Origin: Jeotgalicoccus sp.
GTDB taxonomy: Bacteria; Bacillota; Bacilli; Staphylococcales; Salinicoccaceae
Assembly (NCBI GenBank): GCA_003513765.1
Contig: DONT01000002.1
Coordinates: 101,091 to 165,090, forward strand
DNA length: 64,000 nucleotides
Direction: 5' to 3'
This document shows, in pieces, positions 19,744-29,383 of the stretch. A program made the translations under genes and the position numbers. Within the stretch, counting starts at the first letter, position 1. The number at the start of each line of letters is the position of its first letter. The notes beneath the pieces were generated by a model, which was not told the origin of the DNA, did not search any database, and saw only the letters and a list, made by a program, of their open reading frames with translations.

Positions 19744-20928
19744 ATGAAACAGCATTATAAATTAGTGATTCTTGGCGGAGGGACCGGCGGTATATCAACA
19801 GCAAGCCGGATACTTTCCAAAAAGAAAGATTTAAAAGAAGATGTCTTAATTATAGAACCCGATGATTATCATTATTTCCAGCCTGCCTGGCCGTTAGTCG
19901 GGAGCGGTGATGAAAAACTGGATTCCACAAGAAAACCGATGAAAAAAGTTATACCGAAAGGAGCCAGATGGCTTCAGTCATCTGTTAAAAATGTCGATCC
20001 TGTAAAACGGGAAGTGACGGCTGACGATACGGTCTTCAGCTATGACTTTCTAATTGTGGCACTTGGTATTGAACTTAATTATGATGCGATTAAAGGTGCT
20101 AAGGAAGCACTTGGCAAAAACGGTGTTTGTACAAACTATATATATGATTTTGTTGAATACACTTATGAGTCTTTGAAAAATACAAAATCCGGCAACATCA
20201 TCGTAACGAAGCCGCAATCCAAAATTAAAGGCGGTGTGTCAGCGGAAAACTCGCTGTTTACGATGGATGATTTTATAAAACAGCATAAGCGTAACGTCGA
20301 TATAATGTTCAGAAGCGGACGTGAAGAAATATTTGAAGTGAAAAAATATAACGACAGCCTCGTCAGTCAGATGGAAGAAAAACATATCGACTACAAGCTG
20401 AATGAAGAACTGATCGAAGTCAAAGGCAGAGAGAAACAAGCGGTATTTAAAAATACCCAAACTGGCGAAACACATACTCTGCCGTTTGAAACGCTTATCA
20501 TCACACCGCCGATGCATGGTCCGTCAGTTTTAAATAATTCAGGACTGCTGGACGAAGAAGGCTGGGTAGACGTCGATAAACACACGATGATGCACAAACA
20601 ATATACAACGGTATTTTCTCTCGGTGATTCATCCAGTCTGCCGACAGTAAAAATGGGCGCTGCTGTCCGAAAACAGCTGCCGGTGCTGGTCGATAATCTA
20701 ATTGAACGTATGAATGATCAGGAACCCAGTCATAAGTATGATGGCAGCACAGCCTGTCCCATCGCAACTGAATACGGGGAACTTATTCTCGCTGAATTCG
20801 GCTATGACAGAGTGCCGACAGAAACAACTTTTCTGAATCAGGCTGATGATAAGAAGATTTTTTATCAATTTAAAAAGAATATGCTGCCGATTATGTACTG
20901 GTATGCACTGCTGAATGGTAAATCATAG
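19744..20928 (+). CDS. FAD-dependent pyridine-nucleotide-disulfide oxidoreductase, sulfide:quinone oxidoreductase-like
   Basis: N-terminal VILGGGTGG dinucleotide fold. Length and overall pattern resemble type II SQR as I recall it from the staphylococcal cst locus. Confidence 0.65.
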   Translation: MKQHYKLVILGGGTGGISTASRILSKKKDLKEDVLIIEPDDYHYFQPAWPLVGSGDEKLDSTRKPMKKVIPKGARWLQSSVKNVDPVKREVTADDTVFSYDFLIVALGIELNYDAIKGAKEALGKNGVCTNYIYDFVEYTYESLKNTKSGNIIVTKPQSKIKGGVSAENSLFTMDDFIKQHKRNVDIMFRSGREEIFEVKKYNDSLVSQMEEKHIDYKLNEELIEVKGREKQAVFKNTQTGETHTLPFETLIITPPMHGPSVLNNSGLLDEEGWVDVDKHTMMHKQYTTVFSLGDSSSLPTVKMGAAVRKQLPVLVDNLIERMNDQEPSHKYDGSTACPIATEYGELILAEFGYDRVPTETTFLNQADDKKIFYQFKKNMLPIMYWYALLNGKS

Positions 20929-20937
20929 CACCATTAA

Positions 20938-20975
20938 AAAAAGACGTTATCGAATTTAAACGATAACGTCTTTTT
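20938..20975. terminator. Bidirectional intrinsic terminator
   Basis: AAAGACGTTATCG-N8-CGATAACGTCTTT with A and T runs on both sides. Confidence 0.75.
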
Positions 20976-20976
20976 G

Positions 20977-22644
20977 TTATTTAAAATTAAGATTTTCAAG
21001 TCTGATATAACCGGCTGCGTCGAGTTCAACACCATCGAGCTGAGCAGTATTATATGCGAGACTCATATTCGGATGAACGAGAGGCGCATACGGTACATCT
21101 TCACGGAGCATATTATGGATATTTGTATACTCTGAAAGTCTGTCCGCATCTTCTGTTGCACTTCTTGCACTTTCTAGTGCCGCATCAACATCCTCATTCG
21201 TATAGAATGCTCTGTTGCCTCCAAAACCTCTGTTAGAACTCAAAGTCAACGCGGACAGCAGGTAATCCGCATCGCCGGTAGATGCTGTAAAACTGAGCAG
21301 GAACATATCATGCTGTCCCTCGCCTAAACGTTCCATAAATGTTGCCATTTCAAATTGTTCAATTGTGATATTTATATTTAACTCTTTAAGCTGTTCCTGG
21401 ATATAGACAGCAGAATCGACTAAATCCTGACTGTCATTCACCCATATCGTGGCATCAAAACCATCAGCGTGATTGGATTCACTGAGAGCTGCCTTGGCCT
21501 GTTCCATATCCTGGCCGACTTCCGGCAGCTCCTCATCGTGCCCAAATACGCTGGCAGAAACCAGGCTGTTCGGAATCGCAGCTTGTCCGTTATAAATACC
21601 TTCTTTTAGCTCTTCTCTGTCGAGAGCAAAGTCGATAGCCTGGCGCACTTTAACATCATCAAAAGGTTCTTTTTCCGTATTGAAACCGAGATAGTTCGTT
21701 CTTAACGATTCCGCTTCAACAAATTCAGTACTGTCACTGTTTTGAACTCTGTCTATCATTGCCATATCAACTGGCGTAGTAATGTTTACACCGCCGGATT
21801 CAAGCTCCGCCATCATCGAACCCGATTCAGGAATAATAACAAATGTCAGATTATCAATGTTGCTTTCTCCCGCGAAATCTTCAAAGCGTTCAAACTCTAT
21901 ATTCTGTCCCGGAGCTCTCGCTTTAAATTGAACGTAGTTTGTACCATCCGGATTTTCTGAAAGGTAAGTGCTTGTATGCTCGGCAATCTGTTCTGAAACG
22001 TTCGTGAACTCTTCACCACCTGCAGCTCTCAGTTCATAATAATCTTCTGCGGTCATATCGAGCTCGGTCTGATCTATAGCATTTTGATAATCAGCATCAA
22101 TGCTCTCTTTACTCATAATACTCGCTGCTGTATGCGCTAAATTATCCGGCAGCGGAGCGAATGGGTAGGATGTAGTAATATTTAATTCATAATCATTAAC
22201 CACTTCAATGTCTTCAATCATTTCGAAAAGGAAGACAGTAGGGGCACTGATACTTGGATCCAGCACACGTTCAAGCGATGCCTTTACATCCTGAGCGGTA
22301 AACTCAGAGCCATTATGAAAAGTCACCCCTTCAGCTAATTTAAAGTTCCATGTGGTATCATCCACCTGTTTCCACTCCGAAGCGAGACCCGGTTTATGAG
22401 ACATATCAATTTCACGTGCCACAAGTGTCTGGTAGAGATGACGCCTGATTTGAATCGCGTTGACATCATTTGTTCCATGAGGATCAATAGTCGATAAATC
22501 CTGGTCAAAGCCGACAACAACATCACCTGTATTCGCATTCTCCGAATTTTCATCCTCGCCGATATCAGCAGCTTCATCATTCGAACATGCCGCCGTAACC
22601 GACAGCAAGGCAATCGCAAACAATAAAAATAACTTTCTAAGCAT
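20977..22644 (-). CDS. Family-5 peptide/nickel ABC substrate-binding lipoprotein (orphan)
   Basis: Lipobox LSVTAAC. 555 aa, typical Opp/Dpp/Gsi-type SBP length and pattern. No permease or ATPase genes are adjacent. Confidence 0.8.
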   Translation of the reverse strand: MLRKLFLLFAIALLSVTAACSNDEAADIGEDENSENANTGDVVVGFDQDLSTIDPHGTNDVNAIQIRRHLYQTLVAREIDMSHKPGLASEWKQVDDTTWNFKLAEGVTFHNGSEFTAQDVKASLERVLDPSISAPTVFLFEMIEDIEVVNDYELNITTSYPFAPLPDNLAHTAASIMSKESIDADYQNAIDQTELDMTAEDYYELRAAGGEEFTNVSEQIAEHTSTYLSENPDGTNYVQFKARAPGQNIEFERFEDFAGESNIDNLTFVIIPESGSMMAELESGGVNITTPVDMAMIDRVQNSDSTEFVEAESLRTNYLGFNTEKEPFDDVKVRQAIDFALDREELKEGIYNGQAAIPNSLVSASVFGHDEELPEVGQDMEQAKAALSESNHADGFDATIWVNDSQDLVDSAVYIQEQLKELNINITIEQFEMATFMERLGEGQHDMFLLSFTASTGDADYLLSALTLSSNRGFGGNRAFYTNEDVDAALESARSATEDADRLSEYTNIHNMLREDVPYAPLVHPNMSLAYNTAQLDGVELDAAGYIRLENLNFK

Positions 22645-22854
22645 AGCAGTACCCCCAATATTATTTAGTGTTATATCTCTTTTAAAATAGTTAGAATATT
22701 TAAAATTATATAATGAAAAAGTTATAATAGCTACCTTTACTCTTCCGGATACATCTAAATATTTGAGAGAACGGAGGCTGTACTCATTTGGCCGGGTAAA
22801 CCCGTTACTGTGACAGCGAACTTATCTCATTGGCACACTAAACCCATCTCAGAA

Positions 22855-22887
22855 CCAAAAAAACCGGAACTGTTGAGGTTCCGGTTT
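22855..22887 (-). terminator. mqo terminator
   Basis: AAACCGGAAC-N7-GTTCCGGTTT; on the minus strand it is followed by a T7 run. Confidence 0.75.
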
Positions 22888-22892
22888 ATCTT

Positions 22893-24374
22893 TTATTTCA
22901 GTTCCAGCACTTTTGCAGTCATTGCTCTGATCTTGTACAGAAGATCACTGTCTTCAATTAATGACTGACCGTATGATGGTATCATTTCTTTTAGTTTGTT
23001 GTCCCACTTATCTATATATTCAGGGAAGCTCTGTTTGAATACTTCAAGTGCCACTGAAACAGACACTGAAGCGCCTGGTGATTCACCCAGCAGTGCAATT
23101 ACGGAGTTGTCTTCAGAGCTTACGACTTCAGTTCCAAACTGAATAAACCCTTTGCCGTGCTCCTCTGTATCTTTAATAACCTGTACCCGTTTACCTGCGA
23201 TATGAATGTCCCAGTCTTCGTCTTTTGCATCAGGCACAAATTTCCTAAGTTCTTTCATTCTGTCAGCTTTACGCATCATAACCTGCTGGATTGAATATTT
23301 CACCAGCGGCAAATTTTTAATGCCTGCGGAGGCAAGCGTTAACAGATTGTCTGAAGTAATTGATTTGAACAAATCCAGATTGGAACCGTATTTCAAAAAC
23401 TTCGGCCCGATTGCAGCAAATGGTCCAAACAATAAACTTTCCTGTCCTTGAATGTAGCGTCTGTCCAGATGCGGTACCGTCATCGGCGGTGTCCCGTATG
23501 GTTCTTTGCCGTACACTTTAGCATTATGACGTCCGACGACTTCAGGATTGTTACATACTAAAAACGCACCGCTGATCGGGAAGCCTCCAATATGCTTGCT
23601 TTCTGGAATCTTCGTTTTCTGCAGCAGCGGAATTGCATGTCCGCCGGCACCAATGAAAATGTAATCTGCAGTATGATACTCGATTTTATCATCTTCAATA
23701 TTGAGAATTTTAACTTCCCATTTATTATTTTCTAGCTGTCTGAAATCTAACACTTCATGGCGGTAATAAACGGAAGTATTATTATGTTCTTTAATATTAC
23801 TTGCCAATTTACGTGTTAATTCACCGAAGTTAACGTCGGTGCCGTCATCGATTTTACTTGCAGCAACCGGTTCGTTTGATGTTCGTCCGTTCATCATTAA
23901 AGGAATCCATTCTTTAATCTTATTGTTATCTTCTGTATATTCCATATCGCGGAACATAGGATGAGGAAGCAGAGCATCATAACGCCGCTTCAGGAAGTTT
24001 ACATTGTTCGTGCCCATAACAAAACTGATGTGCGGAAGCGGACGGATAAACTCCTCGGGATTCTTTATATAATTATTTCTGACTAAATAAGACCAGAACT
24101 GTTTGGAAATTTCGAATTGCTCATTGATTGATTTTGCTTTCTCAATATCTATCGAACCGTCTTTCTGCTCTACAGTATAGTTCAATTCACATAACGCAGC
24201 ATGTCCCGTTCCTGCATTATTTGTTTCATGCGAACTTTCATTTCCTGAAACGTCCAGCCGTTCAAACAGTTTAATATTCCATCCGGGTTCTAAATTCTTC
24301 AAAAAGGAGCCGAGTGTTGTACTCATAATTCCTGCACCGATTAATATGATGTTTTTAGAAGAGTTATTGTCCAT
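22893..24374 (-). CDS. mqo: Malate:quinone oxidoreductase
   Basis: 493 aa, N-terminal FAD fold ILIGAGIMSTTLG, with Mqo-family similarity along its length. It probably forms an operon with the upstream usp gene (32-nt gap). Confidence 0.9.
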   Translation of the reverse strand: MDNNSSKNIILIGAGIMSTTLGSFLKNLEPGWNIKLFERLDVSGNESSHETNNAGTGHAALCELNYTVEQKDGSIDIEKAKSINEQFEISKQFWSYLVRNNYIKNPEEFIRPLPHISFVMGTNNVNFLKRRYDALLPHPMFRDMEYTEDNNKIKEWIPLMMNGRTSNEPVAASKIDDGTDVNFGELTRKLASNIKEHNNTSVYYRHEVLDFRQLENNKWEVKILNIEDDKIEYHTADYIFIGAGGHAIPLLQKTKIPESKHIGGFPISGAFLVCNNPEVVGRHNAKVYGKEPYGTPPMTVPHLDRRYIQGQESLLFGPFAAIGPKFLKYGSNLDLFKSITSDNLLTLASAGIKNLPLVKYSIQQVMMRKADRMKELRKFVPDAKDEDWDIHIAGKRVQVIKDTEEHGKGFIQFGTEVVSSEDNSVIALLGESPGASVSVSVALEVFKQSFPEYIDKWDNKLKEMIPSYGQSLIEDSDLLYKIRAMTAKVLELK

Positions 24375-24406
24375 GTTTAGCCAGCTTTCTGTTTTTTAAT
24401 CTAAAA

Positions 24407-24829
24407 TTATTTTATAATCATTACAGGGATGTTCGCGCGTTTTGCCACTTTATGTGTCACATGACCAAGGACATGTTTGATATCGCGCTTAGATCGCTTG
24501 TTGCTCATAACGATAACTTCATATTCATTACTTTCAATTTCTTTTTTAAGTTCATTAATTACACGGCCTGTTTCAAAATAAATTTTGTAATTAAGACCAT
24601 GCTCATCCAGCTGATCTGTAAAGAACTTCATATTTTCGACTCTTTCTTTTGCTATGTCCTCAAAATGCTTGCCCTGATACTTCACATTATCCGCCATTTC
24701 ATTTTCCGTTATTACATTAAAAATCGTAATCATCGAATCTCCATTTTTATCTGTGAGTTTCACTAACTGCTCAGGTACATTCTCAAATGAATTCCCAAAA
24801 TCAAATGGCACTAAAATATTTTTATACAT
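24407..24829 (-). CDS. Universal stress protein (UspA family), paralog 1
   Basis: 140 aa, C-terminal VLGHVTHKVAKRANIPVMIIK. Start moved to MYKNILVPFDF. Confidence 0.85.
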   Translation of the reverse strand: MYKNILVPFDFGNSFENVPEQLVKLTDKNGDSMITIFNVITENEMADNVKYQGKHFEDIAKERVENMKFFTDQLDEHGLNYKIYFETGRVINELKKEIESNEYEVIVMSNKRSKRDIKHVLGHVTHKVAKRANIPVMIIK

Positions 24830-25016
24830 ACAGAACACTTCCTTTCATTTTTCAGTAATCATTAGTTTAATTTTAAATCTTAACCTGCTACTTTTGCAAT
24901 GTAATACTCTTTTGAATTTGAAATTTATATACCCGTTTAATACCCTGTTATAATTAAACAGTAATTATTAAATACAGAGCATGTTTAATTACAGCGAAAT
25001 ATTAAGGAGAAACTCT

Positions 25017-26123
25017 ATGGCCCGTTTATTTTTAAAAAATATAAAAAAACAATATAACAGCTCCAGTCCTCTCGTCGTTAAAGATTTCAGCCTGGATATA
25101 GAAGAGGGGGAGTTTATAGTCCTTGTCGGACCATCAGGCTGCGGTAAATCAACAACTCTCCGTATGATGGCCGGACTGGAAGAAATCACAGAGGGTGAAT
25201 TTTTTATTGGCGATAAGCTGATGAATAATATTCAGTCCAAAAATCGGGATATCGCTATGGTTTTTCAAAATTATGCGCTGTACCCTCATATGACAGTATT
25301 TGATAACATAGCATTCGGGCTGAAAATTAAAAAAAGTCCGAAAAAGGAAATTAAACAAAAAGTCGATGAGGCGGCAGAGATACTTGGGCTGACTGATTAT
25401 CTTCACAGAAAACCGCAGGCATTATCCGGCGGCCAGAGACAGCGCGTCGCTCTCGGACGAGCTATAGTGAGAGAGACAGATGTATTCCTGATGGATGAAC
25501 CGCTGTCGAACCTTGATGCTAAATTACGCGTACAGATGAGAGCCGAAATTATGAAACTTCACCAGCGTTTGAAAACGACAACTGTGTATGTGACCCACGA
25601 TCAGACTGAGGCACTTACCATGGCAAGTAGAATTGTCGTTATGAATAACGGGGAAATCATGCAGGTCGGTTCGCCTCAGGAAGTATATAACACACCCGGC
25701 AATTTATTTGTCGCTCAGTTTATCGGCTCCCCCGCAATGAATATATTTGAGTGTGTATTTGACGGAGAAGAATTAATTATCGGCAATATAAATATTAAAG
25801 TTTCAGCTGCTGATCAAGAGCTGCTGAGAAAATTAGGCTATGCAAATAAGAACATTAAATTTGGAGTACGTCCGGAAAATCTTCTGGAATATGGAGAAGC
25901 TTCACTTTCTGAAGATTTAACACCCTTCGATTTAAAAGTCCAGGTGAATGAATTGCTCGGTTCAGAATTTATGATTTACTCAGAACTGGAAGGAGAAGAA
26001 ATCGTCGCAAGAGTCGATGCTCACAATCCAAATAAACCTGGCGATATAATGACTTTTGCATTTGATATGGATAAAGTTCATTTTTTTGATGCGGATACCG
26101 GGAAAAGAATTACAGACAATTAA
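25017..26123 (+). CDS. Sugar ABC transporter ATP-binding protein (MsmK/MalK/UgpC-like), orphan
   Basis: GPSGCGKST, LSGGQRQRVALGRA and FLMDEPLSNLD, plus a C-terminal regulatory domain. Start moved to the ATG at 25017 (SD AAGGAG). No cognate permease genes are nearby. Confidence 0.9.
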   Translation: MARLFLKNIKKQYNSSSPLVVKDFSLDIEEGEFIVLVGPSGCGKSTTLRMMAGLEEITEGEFFIGDKLMNNIQSKNRDIAMVFQNYALYPHMTVFDNIAFGLKIKKSPKKEIKQKVDEAAEILGLTDYLHRKPQALSGGQRQRVALGRAIVRETDVFLMDEPLSNLDAKLRVQMRAEIMKLHQRLKTTTVYVTHDQTEALTMASRIVVMNNGEIMQVGSPQEVYNTPGNLFVAQFIGSPAMNIFECVFDGEELIIGNINIKVSAADQELLRKLGYANKNIKFGVRPENLLEYGEASLSEDLTPFDLKVQVNELLGSEFMIYSELEGEEIVARVDAHNPNKPGDIMTFAFDMDKVHFFDADTGKRITDN

Positions 26124-26162
26124 AAAATACCTGCTTACACTTTAGTAAGCAGGCATGCTGTG

Positions 26163-26585
26163 TTATTTTATAATCATTACAGGTAGATTCACACGTTTTG
26201 CTATTTTATGTGTGACATGCCCAAGCACGTGCTTGATTTCCATTTTAGAACGTCTGTTACTCATGACCACTATTTCGTAATCGTTGTTCTTAATTTCTGT
26301 TAACAGCTCATTAATCACACGGCCTACCTCAAAACGCAGTTCATACTCTAGCCCGCGTTTCTCAAGCGCATCTGTAAATGGTTTAAGTTCTTTTGTTTTG
26401 TCTTCTGTTATCGCATTGAAACGTTTCCCGTTAAATTTCACATCACTCGACATCTCATTTTCAGTGATGACATTAAAAATAGTAATGACAGCACCTTCAC
26501 TGTTCTCTGTCATTTTAGCCAGCTGGTCAGGTACGTTATCGAATGAGTTTCCAAAATCGTATGGTAGCAATATCTTTTTATACAT
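26163..26585 (-). CDS. Universal stress protein (UspA family), paralog 2
   Basis: 140 aa, colinear and highly similar to the 24407-24829 product (MYKKILLPYDFGNSF..., ...VLGHVTHKIAKRVNLPVMIIK). Confidence 0.85.
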   Translation of the reverse strand: MYKKILLPYDFGNSFDNVPDQLAKMTENSEGAVITIFNVITENEMSSDVKFNGKRFNAITEDKTKELKPFTDALEKRGLEYELRFEVGRVINELLTEIKNNDYEIVVMSNRRSKMEIKHVLGHVTHKIAKRVNLPVMIIK

Positions 26586-26703
26586 ACTTACACATCCTTA
26601 AATTTTTATCATACTTATATAAAGTTAATGCTTTAATGATAATATTCCCTCTGTAAAAACATTTACACATTTTGTCTTCTGTAAAAGTATTCAAATTAGC
26701 TTA

Positions 26704-27294
26704 TCAGATTCCCACAGTTTTGAATACACCTTTGATTGTAAATGTTTCAATAAACATCGCCATATCTTCTATCGACTCTTCACATCCATCTTTAAGCCAT
26801 TTTAATAAAATTCCAATATGCGCATTTGTAATGTACGTAATCAGATAATCGGTAAATATTTCAGAGTCGAGCTCAACCCCAAACTCCTTGCTTTTCACTT
26901 TATAAAATTCGAACATATGATGAGAAAAATATTTCGCGAGTTCTGCAGAACCAAGGCCGTTAGCAATAACGAGTACACGTTGCCGATTATCCTTTAAATA
27001 TTGGAACTGCTGCACAATCGTTTCCTTAAGATGATCTTCCCCAACGTCTTTAAAACTGCTTCCTGTAATGTTTTTATAAAGAAGCTGTTCTATGTCATTC
27101 ATCATCGACTCCTGGTAACTTTCAATCAATTCATATTTATCTTTATAGTAACTGTAGAATGTCCCCCGGTTAATCATCGCTTCACTGCTTATGTCCTGAA
27201 TAGTAATACTTTCAAAATTTTTTCTTTCCAGCAAAGCAATAATCGCCTGATCTATCGCGTGCAATGTTTTTTGAACTCTTAAATCTTTTTTCAT
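26704..27294 (-). CDS. TetR/AcrR-family transcriptional regulator
   Basis: HTH ITIQDISSEAMINRGTFYSYY. It is divergent from the YhgE/Pip gene. Confidence 0.85.
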   Translation of the reverse strand: MKKDLRVQKTLHAIDQAIIALLERKNFESITIQDISSEAMINRGTFYSYYKDKYELIESYQESMMNDIEQLLYKNITGSSFKDVGEDHLKETIVQQFQYLKDNRQRVLVIANGLGSAELAKYFSHHMFEFYKVKSKEFGVELDSEIFTDYLITYITNAHIGILLKWLKDGCEESIEDMAMFIETFTIKGVFKTVGI

Positions 27295-27439
27295 AAATAA
27301 TCAACCTTTCATGCGATAGTGTCGGTTATCCCACATAATGGCTTACATCATCCATTGCAGTTTAAACTTTCGCTTATATAATAAGTTATTGTACACACTG
27401 TACGATAAGTTTAAAAGAATAATTATAAAGGATGATTAA

Positions 27440-29092
27440 ATGTTTCAAGATTTCAGATTCATATTAGAAAAACCATTACTTCTGATTTCACTGCTGGTAA
27501 TTTCATTATTACCAGTAATATATACAGTGACATTTCTTGGGGCAATGTGGAATCCTTATGACCGAACAGGTGATATGCCGTTTCATATTGTAAATGAAGA
27601 TACAGGTAACAAAGATATAAATATCGGAGAAAATATAGTCGATGAGCTGAAGAATAACAATCAGCTGGACTGGCGATTTGCAGACTTAGCGGAAGCAAAT
27701 GAGGCACTTAAAAAGGGGGAGTCATACGGTTATCTTGAGATACCTGAAGATACATCGGATAACGCCATGACCTTCTTATCTGATGCCCCTAAGAATGTAG
27801 ACTTGATACTGACAACAAACCCCGGCCATAATTTTATCGGATCCATTATGACCGAACAGGCGGGTACTGTAATGTCTGATTCTGTTCAGCAGGAAATTAC
27901 CGAAGTGTATACTGAAACACTGATAAGTGAATTGGGAACTATCGCTGATCAGAGCGATGAAGCGGCCAGTGCAGTTAAAGAGCTCGCAGATGGGGCATCG
28001 GCATTAGACAAAGGTTTACAGGAGCTTTCTAACAGCTCCGTACAGTTAAAAGACGGTGCTGCAAACCTTGAAGGTGGTGCAGTACAGATAAACAGTGGTG
28101 CCAGTGAACTATACAGCGGTGAACTGCAGTTTACCGGACAATTAAAACAGCTGTCTCCAATGCTCGGCAGCTACAGTCAGCCGCTTATCGGGGCACAGTC
28201 TGAACTTGAAAATGGGGCTGGTCAATTAAATGAAGCAGGTGCAGAGCTCGCAGACAGCATAGGTGAACTGGAAAATAGTCTCACGCAAATGAACAGTGGA
28301 GTCGAAGAACTGAAAGGCGGATCTGCTGAATTGTCGGGAGCACTTGTTGACGTGAATACACGAGTCAGTGACTTGCTCGCTCAATTTGAAGAGCAGAATA
28401 TAGTCTTTAGTGATGAGGGAGCTAAAGCAATAGCCAATCCGGTCAATCTGGAAATTGAGAGTACTGTCGATACTCAGAACTATGCACAGAGTTTTGCACC
28501 GCTTATACTCGCTGTCAGTTTGTTTATAGGGGGACTGACACTCAATGTGGTCTATCCAATGAATAAAATCTTCAAGGAGAAAAAATCTGTACTGAACCAA
28601 TGGCTGAGCCGCGGATTGCTGTTTATATCTCATGCGGTCATCATCTCAACTTTGCTTTATAGTGTTACAGTATGGGGAATGCAAATTGAGATTGCGAGTC
28701 ACTGGAGATTTTATCTTGCAATGCTGGTATGGTCCTTGGTATCTATTACTATGATTGGATTACTTGTAATGATATTTGGAAATTTCGGCAAGTTTTTAGG
28801 AATAGTACTGCTCATCGTTCAGCTTTCTTCAAGCGGCGGAACCTTCCCGATAGAAACTGCCGGCAGTTTCTACCAGACACTCTATAACATTTTACCTATG
28901 GCATTCGTCGTCACTGGTTTTAAAGATGCGATATTTGGCCAGTCATTCAATATGGAGTTCAGCACTGTAATATACACACTGGCTGCAGTGATTTTAGCCT
29001 CATATCTTCTTATACTGATAGTTTTATGGATGAAAGAGAAATTCCCAAAATATGAAGAGAAGGCCAGTAAAATGGCTAAATTCGAAAATTAA
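27440..29092 (+). CDS. YhgE/Pip domain-containing membrane protein
   Basis: N-terminal TM, a long alanine/glycine/glutamate-rich coiled repeat region (LxxGAxxLxxG repeats), and a C-terminal ABC-2-like TM bundle. Confidence 0.8.
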   Translation: MFQDFRFILEKPLLLISLLVISLLPVIYTVTFLGAMWNPYDRTGDMPFHIVNEDTGNKDINIGENIVDELKNNNQLDWRFADLAEANEALKKGESYGYLEIPEDTSDNAMTFLSDAPKNVDLILTTNPGHNFIGSIMTEQAGTVMSDSVQQEITEVYTETLISELGTIADQSDEAASAVKELADGASALDKGLQELSNSSVQLKDGAANLEGGAVQINSGASELYSGELQFTGQLKQLSPMLGSYSQPLIGAQSELENGAGQLNEAGAELADSIGELENSLTQMNSGVEELKGGSAELSGALVDVNTRVSDLLAQFEEQNIVFSDEGAKAIANPVNLEIESTVDTQNYAQSFAPLILAVSLFIGGLTLNVVYPMNKIFKEKKSVLNQWLSRGLLFISHAVIISTLLYSVTVWGMQIEIASHWRFYLAMLVWSLVSITMIGLLVMIFGNFGKFLGIVLLIVQLSSSGGTFPIETAGSFYQTLYNILPMAFVVTGFKDAIFGQSFNMEFSTVIYTLAAVILASYLLILIVLWMKEKFPKYEEKASKMAKFEN

Positions 29093-29100
29093 ACCATTAA

Positions 29101-29130
29101 GAGCCTGTTTCTAAAACAGGTTCTTTTTTT
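29101..29130 (+). terminator. Intrinsic terminator
   Basis: GAGCCTGTTT-CTA-AAACAGGTTC followed by T7. Confidence 0.75.
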
Positions 29131-29383
29131 ACGGTTAATCGTTCTTATATTGTCACTTTTTATTTATAACGCTATGCGTTATGGATAAAACCCTTATATA
29201 TCAATGATTAAAAATAATATAACAGTTTAAATAACGCTATGCATTACCGATTGTTGAACTATTTATAAATATCAAATTGCACTCGATGTGTAAGTTTGGT
29301 ATTATCAATAAGTTATTTATTTCGCAGATATTAAAAACCCATAATTTAAGACAGTATTTATAAAATAATAAGGAGCATATTAA

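Noticed and set aside
22645-22860. Long upstream region of the SBP gene inspected for a riboswitch or T-box
   Set aside because: No conserved riboswitch core was recognised. A TATAAT-type promoter lies close to the gene, so most of the region is probably untranscribed spacer.
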